DNA of 64,000 nucleotides from Octopus vulgaris (taxonomy: Eukaryota). The stretch lies in the NCBI GenBank assembly GCA_951406725.2, contig OX597830.1, positions 29,512,001-29,576,000 of the forward strand, given 5' to 3'. Each line of letters starts with the position of its first letter. The stretch's first letter is position 1. Under the pieces are notes generated by a model that was not told where the DNA came from, made no database searches, and saw nothing but the letters and a program-made list of their open reading frames with translations. The position numbers and the translations under genes were made by a program. This document shows, piece after piece, positions 28,321 through 42,310 of this stretch.

Positions 28321-29677
28321 CTAGCATTATGACCCGGCGTTGCCGGGTCATATTGCTTGTGCATGTATATATGTGTATATATATGTGTACATCTATGTAT
28401 ATACATCTACACATCTTTATATATAAAAGTGAGGTTGTGTGCTGTCTGTCTCCTACGATTTAGATTCCTAACTGCTCCCACATTTTGCGGTGCAGTTTAA
28501 CCAAAACCGGGTATCTTATAGTCGGGTATTAGCGCGCGTCTACGATGAGTCTACGATTTTTTTAAAAATTTACCATCAATTTTTCCCATTTTTAATGCAT
28601 TTTTGGCATATATAAGGGAAGTAACTCTCTAAAAATTTATTATTAAATCTCAGAACGTAAAAAGCTACAGTAACAACCCCCTTTGTGGTTAGCCATATTG
28701 AGATGGCTATTATACTTTACATCTCTAAAAACGCTTATATAGTTATTTCCCTTACAAACCCGAGCAACGCCGGGCGATACTGCTTGTAAAATATAGAATA
28801 CAAAGTTATATCTTGATATCGCTAGTGATAACAATACTCAAAATATATAACAGACTGGAATTGTAGGCCCGCCTCTTGCAATTTCGATCAATTGTATCTT
28901 GTCCTCCCTCTTGTATAGAAGTGTGGCTACAATCCAGCCTACCTCTACTTCTGGGTGGGGGGGGAACATTTTAGATTTTTTATCCGGGACGTCCTACGTC
29001 CCAGATATAAAGGTAAAAATAAAATATTTCCACTTTGCAAGGTTCGAGTCGAGTACTCCCTTGAACGCTCCGTTAACTCGAACGTTGCTTCTATTGTGGC
29101 GAATTTACCGCCTCTGGTTAGATACTTGATATCTTTCATAGTCGCACCAAGACACTTTTCGATGGTGCTTTCTTTCAGGTGTTCAAATCTTTTTTTTTTT
29201 CTCTACATTGTGTACTTTATAGACAATATTTTCTTTAATTTAATGGACTATTCCATTTCTGCGCATTAATTTTATTTTAATTTATTCCTATTCATGTGAA
29301 GTCATTGATGCAATTTTATACCAATTGCTATTTTTACTTTTGTTATGTTACGATTATATTATACTTTAGTTTGATTTTAATCATTACTTACTACATATAA
29401 TTCAATTGTTATTATAATTTTTATTGTTAAAGTGAAAGTATCTGACATAAAATTGAGAAATGTTTTTGTTTCACTTTTGACACGTAATACTGAAATAGTG
29501 GAGAAGATATGATATTGCTATAGGCTCGCTCTAGGCAAGAAGTTGAACATTTTCTTTGCCCATGAAACTACATGGACCCTAAGTAAGGCATGTGTAAAAT
29601 TTGAATGAAATTGGTTGTGTAGTTCTCAAGTTTTAGGGAAACACACAGACCAGACAGACAGACACACACATTCTCAG

Positions 29678-29690
<13 letters not shown>
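28321..29690 (-). mobile_element. Helitron-like non-autonomous element ends (3' hairpin + CTAG at 28321; 5' end with GTCT repeats near 29690)
   Basis: Minus strand gcaatatgacccggcaacgccgggtcataatgCTAG. The other end reads tatatataaaaaactgagaatgtgtgtgtctgtctg...aaccaatttcattcaaatttt. That the two ends belong to one element is inferred. Confidence 0.5.
28414..28786 (+). mobile_element. Non-autonomous Helitron-like element, ~373 bp
   Basis: Starts TC-tttatatataaaa, then gtctgtc. Ends with hairpin cccgagcaacgccggg and CTTG (a variant of CTRR). Inserted between A and T with no TSD. Confidence 0.7.
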
Positions 29691-29756
<66 letters not shown>

Positions 29757-29769
29757 CAGATATATATAT

Positions 29770-29819
<50 letters not shown>

Positions 29820-29820
<1 letters not shown>

Positions 29821-30550
29821 TTCCAAATGCATATTGAATCTGGTGATAAAATGCAGACGACTAACTGGATGGATTCTCCGAACTTTCAGAACAAGAGAGA
29901 AGGAGACACTGATGGTCCTATGGAAAACATTCGTCCTCAGCCGCTTGGACTACTGCTCCCAACTTTGGTCACCACACAATATAAAACAAACAGCAGAACT
30001 CGAAGCAACTCAGAGAAGCTATACAAAGAAAATCGTCTCAATGCAAAATGTCAGCTACTGGGAAAGACTGAAGGTATTAAACCTCTTCTCCCTGGAGCGG
30101 AGGCGGGAGAGATATGCAGTGATATACATCTGGAAAATCCTGGAGGGTCTTATCCCAAACTTTGGCATTCAAAGTTACTCCAACCGCAGAACGGGGCGCC
30201 ACTGCGTGGTGCCAAGGATTCCAACATCACCATCAAAATATAGGTCCAGATACTGCAACAGCTTGGGTTTCAGAGGACCACAGCTCTTTAACATCCTCCC
30301 TAAATGCCTGAGAGACTTACATGGTGTGGATGTGGGTTTCTTTAAAACTAAACTGGATCTCTTCTTGTTGGGAGTCCCAGATGAACCTACCTCACGACAG
30401 GAGACACGGATGCGGGCAGCAGCATCGAACTCCCTTGTTGATCAAGTGCCACGTATCAGGGGTGGATTCACAAACTAGTGTAGCTCATTCAGCGGTGGTG
30501 CCCCAGCATGGCCGCGGCCTTCGGGCTAAAACATTTTTAAGGATTTAAGG

Positions 30551-30555
<5 letters not shown>
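29820..30555 (+). mobile_element. 5'-truncated CR1-group LINE (ORF2 C-terminus, 3' UTR stem-loop, tttaagga tail) inside (TA)n
   Basis: [19 protein letters not shown]...[12 protein letters not shown]...[19 protein letters not shown] is the post-RT motif of CR1-group ORF2. The frame is open to the stop at 30478. Confidence 0.88.
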
Positions 30556-30625
<70 letters not shown>

Positions 30626-31241
30626 GTCGCTAAAAAAGAAATGTCCGATTTTCTTATGCACCATGTTTGATAGTCGTTACCTCTAATACTCTTATCCTGA
30701 CAATTCTTTGAATGATTATGTGGACCACTCCTAACGAAACCCAGAGCTTCCTTCGACCAATACATATAAAGTATTAAGAACAAAATGTTTAATTAGATAT
30801 ACTTTTATTTTAGTTGTTTACACTATTTTACGCTTGCTTATTCTCTTATACCTTCAAAGTTCACAAATTTCCTAATTTAACTTATGAATCACATTCTTTT
30901 CCATAATATCAATATGATTACAAAACCTCTTTGTAGACGATATTTTCTGTTTTGTCGGCACTAATTTTCAAATTACTGAGTTTTTAGCTCAACTCAGAGC
31001 AGTGTATAACTGGCCGTATATAAACATCGGAGTAGGTAAAAAGGCACCTAGACGATCTGAAGTCTGATCCTGTGCCTTGTTTGCTGTGAATGTGCGAGCG
31101 GCATCTTTGGGGTTGCAAAAAGTCAAACTAAGACATACTTCTCACTGTTCTATGCGATTACGTTTGAAAAAACTGAGATGTAAACAACAGCCTCCTCGAT
31201 TAGCCATTTCGGATTCTGCTCGAGACTGACACACTTCAATA

Positions 31242-31486
31242 ACCACAAAATAATCACACACATTATGTACTGACACACACTTTTTCCATTTTATTTTCGC
31301 TATTAACCTATTTCTTTATTACCCACAAGGGGCTAAACACAGAGGGGACAAACAAGGACAGACATAGGTATTAAGTCGATTACATCGACCCCAGTGCGTA
31401 ACTGGTGCTTAATTTATCGACCACACAATAATCACACGCATTATGTACTGACACACACTTTTTCCATTTTATTTTCGCTATTAACC
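31242..31486 (-). mobile_element. SINE B fragment (~31309-31419) flanked by a 67-bp direct duplication
   Basis: 31242-31308 and 31420-31486 match with 2 mismatches. Confidence 0.85.
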
Positions 31487-31489
31487 GTC

Positions 31490-31790
31490 CTCTTGACACC
31501 CTTCGTATCTACGAACTATACGCTGAAAACCTAGAGTTACTCGTGGTCGGTGAATTTTTAATAAAAATGCGAAGGTTGTCTATGAATTGAAAATTCGATA
31601 TCCACGAAATAATTATACTTCCTATTTTTTTTTTAATGCTAAAAACCTTTCTGACGACGGTATTTGTAATCACGAAAAATATCGTGACCATTGTTCCAGC
31701 CGTCTGGCCGTGAAGCGACGACAGACAAAGAGACGGACAGATGTACATAACTCAGACAGATGAATATAACGCCCATTATAATAAGATGTG
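31490..31790 (-). mobile_element. Possible Helitron/HINE-like 5' portion
   Basis: Minus strand begins atcttattataatggg followed by gtctgtc-type repeats, like the ends of the other Helitron-like elements. Confidence 0.35.
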
Positions 31791-31967
31791 TGTGTGCGTG
31801 CGTGTGTGTTCAGTAAGAGGGCCCGGTAAAATGGATACCAGGCTTTTAAAAATAAGGACTGGGGACTACATTAGTCTAAACATTTTTCAATGTGGTACTC
31901 CACACACACACAGATTCATACACACACATACACACACACACACACGCACGCACGCACGCACACACAC

Positions 31968-32095
<128 letters not shown>

Positions 32096-34671
32096 AATCG
32101 TATAGAATTTTCTAAATATTTTAGATGTTGAGGCACTTTACGGTGGAGGCTTTCTGAACACAAATAGAAAAGATAGAAATTATGGGAAATTCTCACCTAT
32201 TACTGACACCTTAGAGCTTTCGATTTTAGTGCCTTGACCTTATAAAATTCAATTTATATTTATTTGTCTTCTATTCTACGTCGTCTGATTTGAATACATA
32301 TCTTTTCCAACGCCATAAATATGCCGATTCAAAATTCATGCTTTTTATATTGTACATACATTGATATCTATCTAAACTCTTTTTTTTTTGGGACTTTTGT
32401 GTGTTTTGGCGAACAAAACCCAGAAAACATGGCTCTATCTCTCTGTGTCCCTTTTCTCCCTTACCCGCCCTCTCTCCGTCAATGGCTGTGTGTGTGACAT
32501 ACACACATACATATATGGGAATTCAAAACTTGTCATCTGCTGGATGCTTTCATTTTCCCTTCTATTATAAGAATTGCTACTAAGATGTGACTTGGGTGAG
32601 AAACGTGCGTCTCAGAATCATCGCCACCCACGCAAAATACCAAAGAGAGGAAGAGAAACACAATTTGTTAAACCTAGATCTGCATTCAGAACGTAATCTC
32701 CAACATAGCTAGCAATTTGCTATTCCTTGCAATATAAACATCTCCTTGCCAAACAAATACCACAAACATTTTAACAACGGCAGCATTGTGACTATCCGTA
32801 GCTTTCTTAATAGCATCGTTTCTTAGATCTCACAGCTTAAGTAAACACTGTTATTCCCTACACCAAATTCTTGTCTACAATTTAAGAATCATTCAGAAAT
32901 ACCCAACTAAATGATCCTGCCTTTCAAAGTGGATGATATATAGGGAAGTAATACTGATGCTGATGGATTTGAATGTAATTTAGTTGGTCATTGAGACAAC
33001 AGGTTCAACATAGGATAGAACCAGAGGGCAATAGAAATATGTCTGTAAACAAAGCTAATTTCACACATGTATCTCATTTTGTGTGGAAACGAAGGGATAT
33101 TATAATGGAATACGATCCCACAAAATAGATTATTCGGAACGTCCAAATATAAATAATTTGAGCAAGAATATGTAATTGAGGCTTATCTAAGATATTCCTA
33201 ATTCTGCAATAATCATCAGGATTTTTCTATTAACACGCTAGTGTTTATATCATGCACTCGTCTAATGGCAATATATTTTCGGTAATTTTTCCCAGCAGCT
33301 GATGGGAACATTTCGTTTGTTAGGTAATTCCACTGCAATCTCATCTTTCTTTAATAAAATGCTATACTCAATCGTTTGTTGCACAAAAATATATTATAAG
33401 AATACCAAGCTCTAATACTCTCAATTATCCTAGAAATCAGTAACAAGAAATCAATGGCCAAGTCAAAACATGAAATGTAACCCTTAATTCTGGCTTTGAT
33501 AAGGAGGAGTTTTTGATGTATATGTTATATACATTTATGTATGTGTGTATGTGTAAATGTGTGTGTGTATTTTCTGCTCATCAAAGAGTTTATATTTTTT
33601 CTCTTTAATTCGTTTGAGAGAAACTGTATATTTAAACAAACTCAGTCCTCAAAACGCCAGTGAATGCCTGACATATGGAGTATAAATGTATGGTTAAAAT
33701 GTAACACATAATGATTATGATAATAATCTGTACTGCGTTAAAAGTAATCAGGTTCATGAGACAGCAATTATGAACATACACGACCTACTTTTTTTCCAGT
33801 TCCTGAAGTATTTTCAGCGAAATGATCAAGTGTATAATCATTTGTTTTTCATAAACCATGGTTTAGATATTTATAATTTTGTTTTGCATTGTTTAATTAG
33901 AGCACAACCGCTATGCAAGTTTACCACATTGAAACAAACGTAGCATCTACTTTTAATTGCGTACATATTATCGAACACTATTTATTAACTAGCTAATATA
34001 CATTTTAAAGTAAAGAGACTGAAGCACTATTTTACACTGTATACACGAAGGTACTAAACCAAGCAGACAGAAATACAAGTACAGGTACACCTCAATATCT
34101 TTATCTTCGTATATAAGGTCCCTACAGATTTTTAACAAAATTTACATTGAACATTATTTCACACGTGAAGAATTACTTCTATAAGAAGGAAAAACCTTGC
34201 AAAAATGCATCTTAGAATAGTTTATAATGTTACTTCCTACGAACAAATTTCAACGGACAGACACTGGACGCACAAAGCCCTAGTTTTTCTTAAATTTATT
34301 AATATTTTAATACGTACTTTCAATTTTTCACACTCCCTATTCTCCATCTATCCTCAAACATATAAGTTATATATAATATTATCAATAAGGTATGTCTCTT
34401 ACCCGTTGATAACAGTTAAGGAGCTAGAAACGTCAATGTTTTGGAATCCTAGAGGATGGCATCAGTGGACAGATGTGGTGCTTTCATACCTGTTTACCAT
34501 AAGAGAAAAAAATGTCTCCACAGTAGCTGCAGTAACTTTACGATTTTGCAGTTGAAATATGTAACAAGCATGTTTTAACGAAACTATTGCTTGGCACTAA
34601 TATTACGGTAATATATGTGTGTGTGTGTGTTTGTGTGTTTGTGTGTTTGTGTGTGTGTGTATTTATATATC

Positions 34672-35084
34672 TTATACTCTTTACTCTTTACTCTTTTACT
34701 CTTTTACTTGTTTCAGTCATTTGACTGCGGCCATGCTGGAGCACCGCCTTTAGTCGAGCAAATCGACCCCGGGACTTATTTTTTGTAAGCCCAGTACTTA
34801 TTCCATCGATCTCTTTTGCCGAACCGCTAAGTGACGGGGACGTAAACACACCAGCATCAGTTGTCAAGCAATGCTAGGGGGACAAACATACACACACACA
34901 CATATATATATACATATATACGACAGGCTTCTTTCAGTTTCCGTCTACCAAATCCACTCACAAGGCATTGGTCGGCCCGGGGCTATAGCAGAAGACACTT
35001 GCCCAAGATACCACGCAGTGGAACTGAACCCAGAACCATGTGGTTGGTTAGCAAGCTACTTACCACACAGCCACTCCTGCGCCT
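34672..35084 (-). mobile_element. SINE family A, full length
   Basis: Reverse complement of the family A sequence, with a (tactcttt)n tail. Confidence 0.9.
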
Positions 35085-35497
35085 TATATATATTTTGTCT
35101 TTTAATTGTTCCAATAATTAAACTGCGACCATGCTCGGATATATTTATGTACATATCCTGTCGTTAAAACCATTTCTTGCAAATGTACCACTATAATGGG
35201 GAGCGGTGATATTGAAGATCTATGTGTCCTGACGTAGACAAAGTAACTTATATTGATTATTTGTGACTTGATTCTTGATTACACCACGTGAGCTCAGCTG
35301 ACGAATATAGGGAAGACTAAATTCTTAGAGGCCATTTTGATTGTAATTTCAGGTTTCCACACTGTAACGCATATTAACTATTAACTATTTCTAATATAAC
35401 TTATCTTAACCTGGTGATCTTACGCATACAAATTTGTATTTAAAAGGTGCCTATCTATCTATCTACCTATCTATCTAACTATCTATCTACTTATCTA

Positions 35498-35544
<47 letters not shown>

Positions 35545-35971
35545 ATATCTATATATCTATCGCACGCAGAATGTGTTCCTGGATTCTCAGAACTTTCCAG
35601 TCGAGAGATATCCACACCGTTATACTTCTCTTCTCTATTTTTTCCTGACCACACCTTGAATACTATTGTCCACTGTTGTCTCCCTATACGAAATATAGTA
35701 TCATGAAAATCGAAGCACCTCAAATGTCAATTACAAAAAGATAGATTTCATGACAGACTTTGATCATTGGGGTTACAGCCACTTATATAAACATAAGCCA
35801 CTCCTGCGCCTATAGCGACTCATTTAGAAAAACACAAAGGAGGTCAGAGTTTCGACTGTCCATAGTTTTCTGGTGGCGAATCTTTTCCTTCTTCTAAGAA
35901 TATTTACCAAATCTTCTCGGCTCTTCCTTCAAGTATACTGCGTGATAAATTTACTATGTATGCAAATATAT

Positions 35972-36002
<31 letters not shown>

Positions 36003-36040
36003 GATATATATATATACATATATATATATATACATACATA

Positions 36041-36077
<37 letters not shown>

Positions 36078-36083
36078 TGTATG

Positions 36084-36128
<45 letters not shown>

Positions 36129-37129
36129 CATTTAAATACACACACAGGCACACACTCATGGACATACACACACACACATATATATAGTTATATATATGAA
36201 TTTTACTATATTTTCTTGACACAGGAACAATGAAAGACAAATCAGTCTGCAGCGATTCACATCGAAAAGAGTATGTCAAACTGAAAATTAGAATATTGGT
36301 ACATATGCTACAGCACAAGTTACAACCAATGACTCGATGAAGCTAATGGACAGATTGTGTGAACAAGATTTTAGTGTGAAATATAACTGTTACATATCGT
36401 GAATATTTTGGAGATTAGCGCTATGAAAACTGTTTAAGCCTTATGCATGATTCTTCATTATTCACTTGAGGAAACATGTACTGAGTGACATTTTAGATGC
36501 ATGTGAATGTTATTAGGGAAACCTTTGTTACCCATGTCTGGATTTCCACGTCACTAACAGATTTTTGGGTTTCCCTTGAGGTTTGTAGCTGTTTCACTTC
36601 TTCACCCACAGAGATTTTGGTGCAGCAATGGCTGTGTGGATAACAAAGTCGTAACGAGATTATTTCAGTTTTGATTCCAAAACGCTGCATACGAAGTATT
36701 TTTGCCATAGCTACCGTTCAACTAAAACGTTGTGTGAGATCTGGTAAACCGGAACCGTGTGAGTCCCCACTCGCCAAGTCTATTGGACTAATTCTGTGGC
36801 CAAGTTGAATACCATCATTTGGGCGGTCGTACACAGAAACATACTTAAACAGTAATGTCAATATAAAGTAGATGATGCAATAGCTAGCTATATCAGCTAA
36901 TACATCTACACCAAAGATTAGTGTCTTTGCCAAGGATCTATAAATCAAAAGGGTCTCATAAAAAGCAAAACAATAATCAGTATGATTGGTACAGCTGGTA
37001 ACAAATTCTCCCTCAAATCATAGCATTCATACTCAGAAAGGAATATAGAAATAACAGCCCACAGACATGCACGACGTGGAAATATGTAAAATGGATTATG
37101 GTAATTATTTTAGGAGTTATTATTATTTT

Positions 37130-37437
37130 CGACGTCGATTAAATAAGTACCAGTTACGCACTGGGGTCGATATAATCGACTTCATCCGTTTGTCTGTCCT
37201 TGTTTGTCCCCTCTGTGTTTAGCCCCTTATGGGTAGTAATGAAATAGGTATTTCGTCTGCCTTTACGATCTGAGTTCAGATTCCACCGAGGTCGACTTTG
37301 TCTTTCATCCTTTTTGTCGTCGATAAATTAAGTACCAGCTACATACTGATGTCGATCTAATCGACTGGGCCCCTCCCCCAAAATTTCGGGCCTTGTGCCT
37401 AGAGTAGAAAAGAATAAATCATTGTCTTGTAAAATTC
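37130..37437 (+). mobile_element. SINE family B, 5'-truncated multimer
   Basis: About 1.7 internal units plus the tail cctagagtagaaaagaata. Confidence 0.85.
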
Positions 37438-37752
37438 GTGAGGTGGCATGGACAACATCTTGAACTTTCTGCAGCGGCATACTGAAGCCTTGAACGCTAA
37501 GAGTAGAGACGTCTGCGTCAGGTTTATATCAGGCATTCATTTATTTGTTTATTTAAGGCGCCCCCAAATATCGTAATATTAAGTACGACAGTTCTGAGAT
37601 AGCTAGACTAGAATACAATTGATTATAAATCTATTCTGTTAGAATAAACATGTGCTTGTTCCAAAATTACAACTTCGGTATAGTCAGTGTCCATTTTCAC
37701 GAGACTTTCAAGTCATATTTAAGGAAACTCTGACATATTTTGTACACTGATA

Positions 37753-37797
<45 letters not shown>

Positions 37798-37906
37798 CAT
37801 AATAAATAATATTAGGGTAATAAGAATTATGGAAATTATTATTACTACTGGCCTAGCACAAGAGAAAATTTAGTCAATGTGTTTTGATGTACACGATATA
37901 TGTGTA

Positions 37907-38312
37907 CATGCAGGAGTGGCTGTGTGGTAAGTAGCTTGTTTACCAACCACATGGTTCCGGGTTCAGTCCCACTGCGTTACACCTTGGGCAATTGTCTTCT
38001 ACTATAGCCTCGGGCTGACCAAAGCCTTGTGAGTGGATTTGGTAGACGGAAACTGAAAGAAGCCCGTCGTATATATGTATATGTATATATATAAGCGTGT
38101 GTGTGTTTGTGTGTCTGTGTTTGACTCCCTAGCATTGCTTGACAACCGATGCTGGTGTGTTTATGTCCCCGTTACTTAGTGCTTCGGCAAAAGAGACCGA
38201 TAGAATAAGTACTGGGCTTACAAAAGAATAAGTCCCGGGGTCGAGTTGCTCGATTAAAGGTGGTGCTCCAGCATGGCCGCAGTCAAATGACAGAAACAAG
38301 TAAAAGAGTAAA
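37907..38312 (+). mobile_element. SINE family A, full length
   Basis: Head, CORE-like block and tail as in the other copies. Confidence 0.9.
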
Positions 38313-39179
38313 TGATATATATATATATATATAGAAAGGAAATGCATAGAAATTAATTTCTGAAATCTTAATACAAACTTACAAACTTATACTAACTCAC
38401 GACAGAATGTCTTAAACATTGAAATTTATTGGAAACGCAGAATTTACACAAAAGAAAATAAAAGAAGCCCATAAAAACGTTATGCAGAAAACAAGCATAA
38501 CCTAATAAAATTGTATAGGGTAATTTATATATAATTTTTCTTTTCATAAGGTGTAACAATGAAACAAATGTTACATTGTTAATATTTGGGAGTGCCGCAG
38601 CTAAATAGTAAAACACCAGACAAAAACCTGTCCCGCATCATACAATGATTTATTATTAAGAAGCTGGAAAAAAAAAAAACTAGAGCAAACTTGATATATT
38701 TTCAGTCTTATTGCTCTAGTTATTTTTGCCTTTTTAATTAGAAAAATGTTTCTATTTATTTCTTTTCTCTTTCTACATACATAAATTCACGTAACAGTAC
38801 GTGGTGAATTGGTAAACACGTTAATTCATCGACAGAAATTATTTATTTATTTGTGCGCTATTTATTTGGGCTCTTTGAGTGCAAACCGAGCTATGGTCAT
38901 CTTTTAGAGGTTGGTTTAGAGGTATCAGTTCGACGCAGTAGATTAACGGACCTTCGTCCGTAAAGATGTCAGACCGAATGCCTTTTCTGACTGCTAGTAT
39001 TCTGGGTTCAAATCCCAGAATAGCTGGTACAAACAGGTAGAGAGGTTACACCGCAATTCTGCAAAGGAATTGCTCCAGCATTGAGACAATTGGAATCCTT
39101 CTAATGGTTACATCCATTTTTAAGAAACTTCTATTTTATCAAAGAGATCTGTATCATGTTGACGTAAATCTTTCTCTTA

Positions 39180-39752
39180 AGGCGCCGAGCTGGCAGAAAC
39201 ATTAGCACGCCGGGCGAAATGCGTAGCCGTATTTCGTCTGTCGTTACGTCCTGAGTTCAAATTCCGCCGAGGTCGACTTTGCCTTTCATCCTTTCCAGGT
39301 CGATAAATTAAGTACCAGTCACGCACTGGAGTCGATGTAATCGACTTAATACCTATGTCTATCCTTGTTTGTCCCCTGTATATTTAGCCCCTTGTGGGTA
39401 ATAAAGAAATAGGTAATTCATCTGCCGCTACGTTCTGAGTTCAAATTCCTCAGAGATCGACTTTGCTTGTCATCATTTCGTGGTCGATTAAATAAGTACC
39501 AGTTACGCGTTGGGGTCGATATAATCGACTTAATCTGTTTGTCTGTCATTGTTTGTCCTATCTGTGTTTAGCCCCTTATGTGTAGTAAAAAATAGGTATT
39601 TCGTCTGCCTTAACGATCTGAGTTCAAATTCCGCCGAGGTCGACTTTGTCTTACATCATTTTTGTATGTGCCAGCTACATACTGAGGTCGATCTAATCGA
39701 CTGGGCCCCTCCTCAAAAATTTTGGGCCTTTTGCCTAGAGTAGAAAAGAATA
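39180..39752 (+). mobile_element. SINE family B, trimeric full-length copy
   Basis: Same head, three units and tail as 6270-6832. Confidence 0.88.
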
Positions 39753-40099
39753 AATCATTGTCTTGTAAAATTCAGTGTAGCATACCACCTTCTTAAAATA
39801 CCTGGCAGAGATTTGCAAGAGGATAAGCTTCTATCTTCAGCAGATAGTTTTTCTTGTGTTTGTACGTGAGTGTAAATCTGGAAAAACACTGATTCTTCAG
39901 ACATTAGAAAATATAGCTATTCTCTTCTCCGGAGAATATCATATCATTTTAAAGGAATGGGTCAAGTTTCGATTTGAATTCAATATGTTACATGTAGAAA
40001 ATTCATCGGTCCACTTAAGTGCTCATTTTGTCAGGTAGTTCGGTTGAAATATCTCTCTCTCTCTCTCTCAAACTCTCTCTCTCCCTTCTGTATGTATAT

Positions 40100-40690
40100 A
40101 CTCTTTACTCTTTTACTCTTTTAATTGTTTCAGTCATTTGACTGCGGCCATGCTGGATCACCGCCTTTATTCGAGCAAATCGAACCCAGGACTTATTCTT
40201 GGTAAGGCTAGTACTTATTCTATCGGTCTCTTTTTCCGAACCGCTAATTTACGGGGACGTAAACACACCAGCATCTGTTGTCAAGTGATGTTGGGGGACA
40301 AACAGAGACACACAAACACACACACATACATACACACACACAGATATATATATACATATATACGAGGTGCTTTTTTCAGTTTCCTTCTACCAAATCCACT
40401 CAGAAGGCTTTACTCGGCCCGAGGCTATGTGTGCGTGTATGTGTGTGTATGTGCATATTTCTGTTCGTGTGTCTTTCTTTGACACCCCCACCCACTCAAC
40501 TCAACATCGCTTGACAACCGATGCTTGTGTATTTACGTCCCCGTAACTTCGCGGTTCGGCAAAAGGGACCGATTGAATACGTACCAGGCTTAAAAAAGAA
40601 TACGTCTTGGGGTCAGTGTACTCGAATAAGGTGGTGCTCATGCATGGTTGCAGTCAATTTACTGAAACACGTAAAGTAATAAAAGAAAAA
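40100..40690. mobile_element. Two partial SINE A copies in inverted orientation
   Basis: Minus-strand copy 40100-40428 and plus-strand 3' half ~40500-40690. Confidence 0.7.
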
Positions 40691-41146
40691 AAATTATATA
40701 TACATTTTTGTGTCATACCCGTGTGTTTGGGCGTACATGTCTGCGTTTGTGCGTATCTGCGTGTGTTAATTTATATTTATATGTATATATGTTTGTATGT
40801 GCGTATGTATGTATGTCTAGTTACATAATTATATATTCAATCCGTAATTCAATATTCATATTCAGCAATTCATATTGTATAGAAGTGACTGTAACTATTA
40901 TGATAATATGTCTAATTATGATTCCTAGACATGTTATAAACGCTACATTAACGGATAAAGGAAAATATTTCACGGTTTTAAACTAAAACAAAATATATTC
41001 AGCAAACAAAAAGAAACGCAAACAAGCAACTTCCAGCTGTCTAGAAAATTTTAATTTAGGAACATACCTGGAATAAATGAATATTAGACATGTGAAACAG
41101 AGCATTAATTTATGAATATATATATATATATATATATATATACAAA

Positions 41147-41246
<100 letters not shown>

Positions 41247-41504
41247 CTGTGTTTGTGAGCATAACTGCGTATGTGTGTATGTGTGGGTGTACGTTTGTGT
41301 AACAATGCATTTCTTTATCTTTACTGTTCTACATTAGTGCGCTTATCCTTGTCCTTATGGCGAAACTGTAAGCTTGACGCTCAAAATGGCTACTGTTATT
41401 TATTTTGTTTCCTTCAGATCTTCTGCTCCATTCCTGTTATTGGCGAATGTTTTCATTCTTTTGGCATCTAAGAATATAACTGAAATATTTTTTCAAACAA
41501 TCAG

Positions 41505-41768
41505 CTATTGTTTTCTGCTCTAGGCACTACCCCTCTAAATTTTGAGTGGGGGAGCCAGTCGACCCCCGTACGCAAAGGATGAAAGGCAAAGTCGACCTCG
41601 AAGGAATTTGAATTCAGAACCTAAAGACTGACAAAATACCTATTTCTTTACTACCCAAAAGGGGCTACACACAGAGGGGACAAACAAGGACAGACAAACG
41701 GATTAAGTCGATTATATCGACCCCAGTGAGTAACTGGTACTTATTTAATCGACCCCGAGAGGATGAAA
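41505..41768 (-). mobile_element. SINE family B fragment
   Basis: aaggatgaaaggcaaagtcgacctcg...gaatttgaattcagaac is the reverse complement of the unit. Confidence 0.8.
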
Positions 41769-42069
41769 TATCTACCAAATAAAATATCTACCAAATAAGG
41801 CAATTGCATATTAAAATATAATTGCCTTATGTACTACGTAGTGAGACTGAACCCAGAACCGCAGGTTTTAAAAGCATGATTCTTAGTCACAAAGCTATGT
41901 CTACCAATATGCGGGGCACGGACATGTGATGACAATCGTGCATCCCAACCACATGGTTTTCGGTTCAATTCCAGTATGTGGATCCTTGAGCCAGTCCCTT
42001 ATACTTTATCCACAGTCGGACCAAAGCCTTGTGAGTAGATTTAATCGGCGGAAACTGAAAGTAACCCAT

Positions 42070-42154
<85 letters not shown>

Positions 42155-42249
42155 TTGCGTGTCTGTGTTTGCCCCCACCCACCATCTCTTGAGAAATGAT
42201 GCTGGTGTGTTTACGTCCCCATAAAAGAGTAAAAGAGTTAAGAGTATAC

Positions 42250-42310
<61 letters not shown>

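Noticed and set aside
30621-30790. Possible mariner 3' end fragment
   Set aside because: Only a vague TIR-like start and degenerate peptide similarity; too weak to call.
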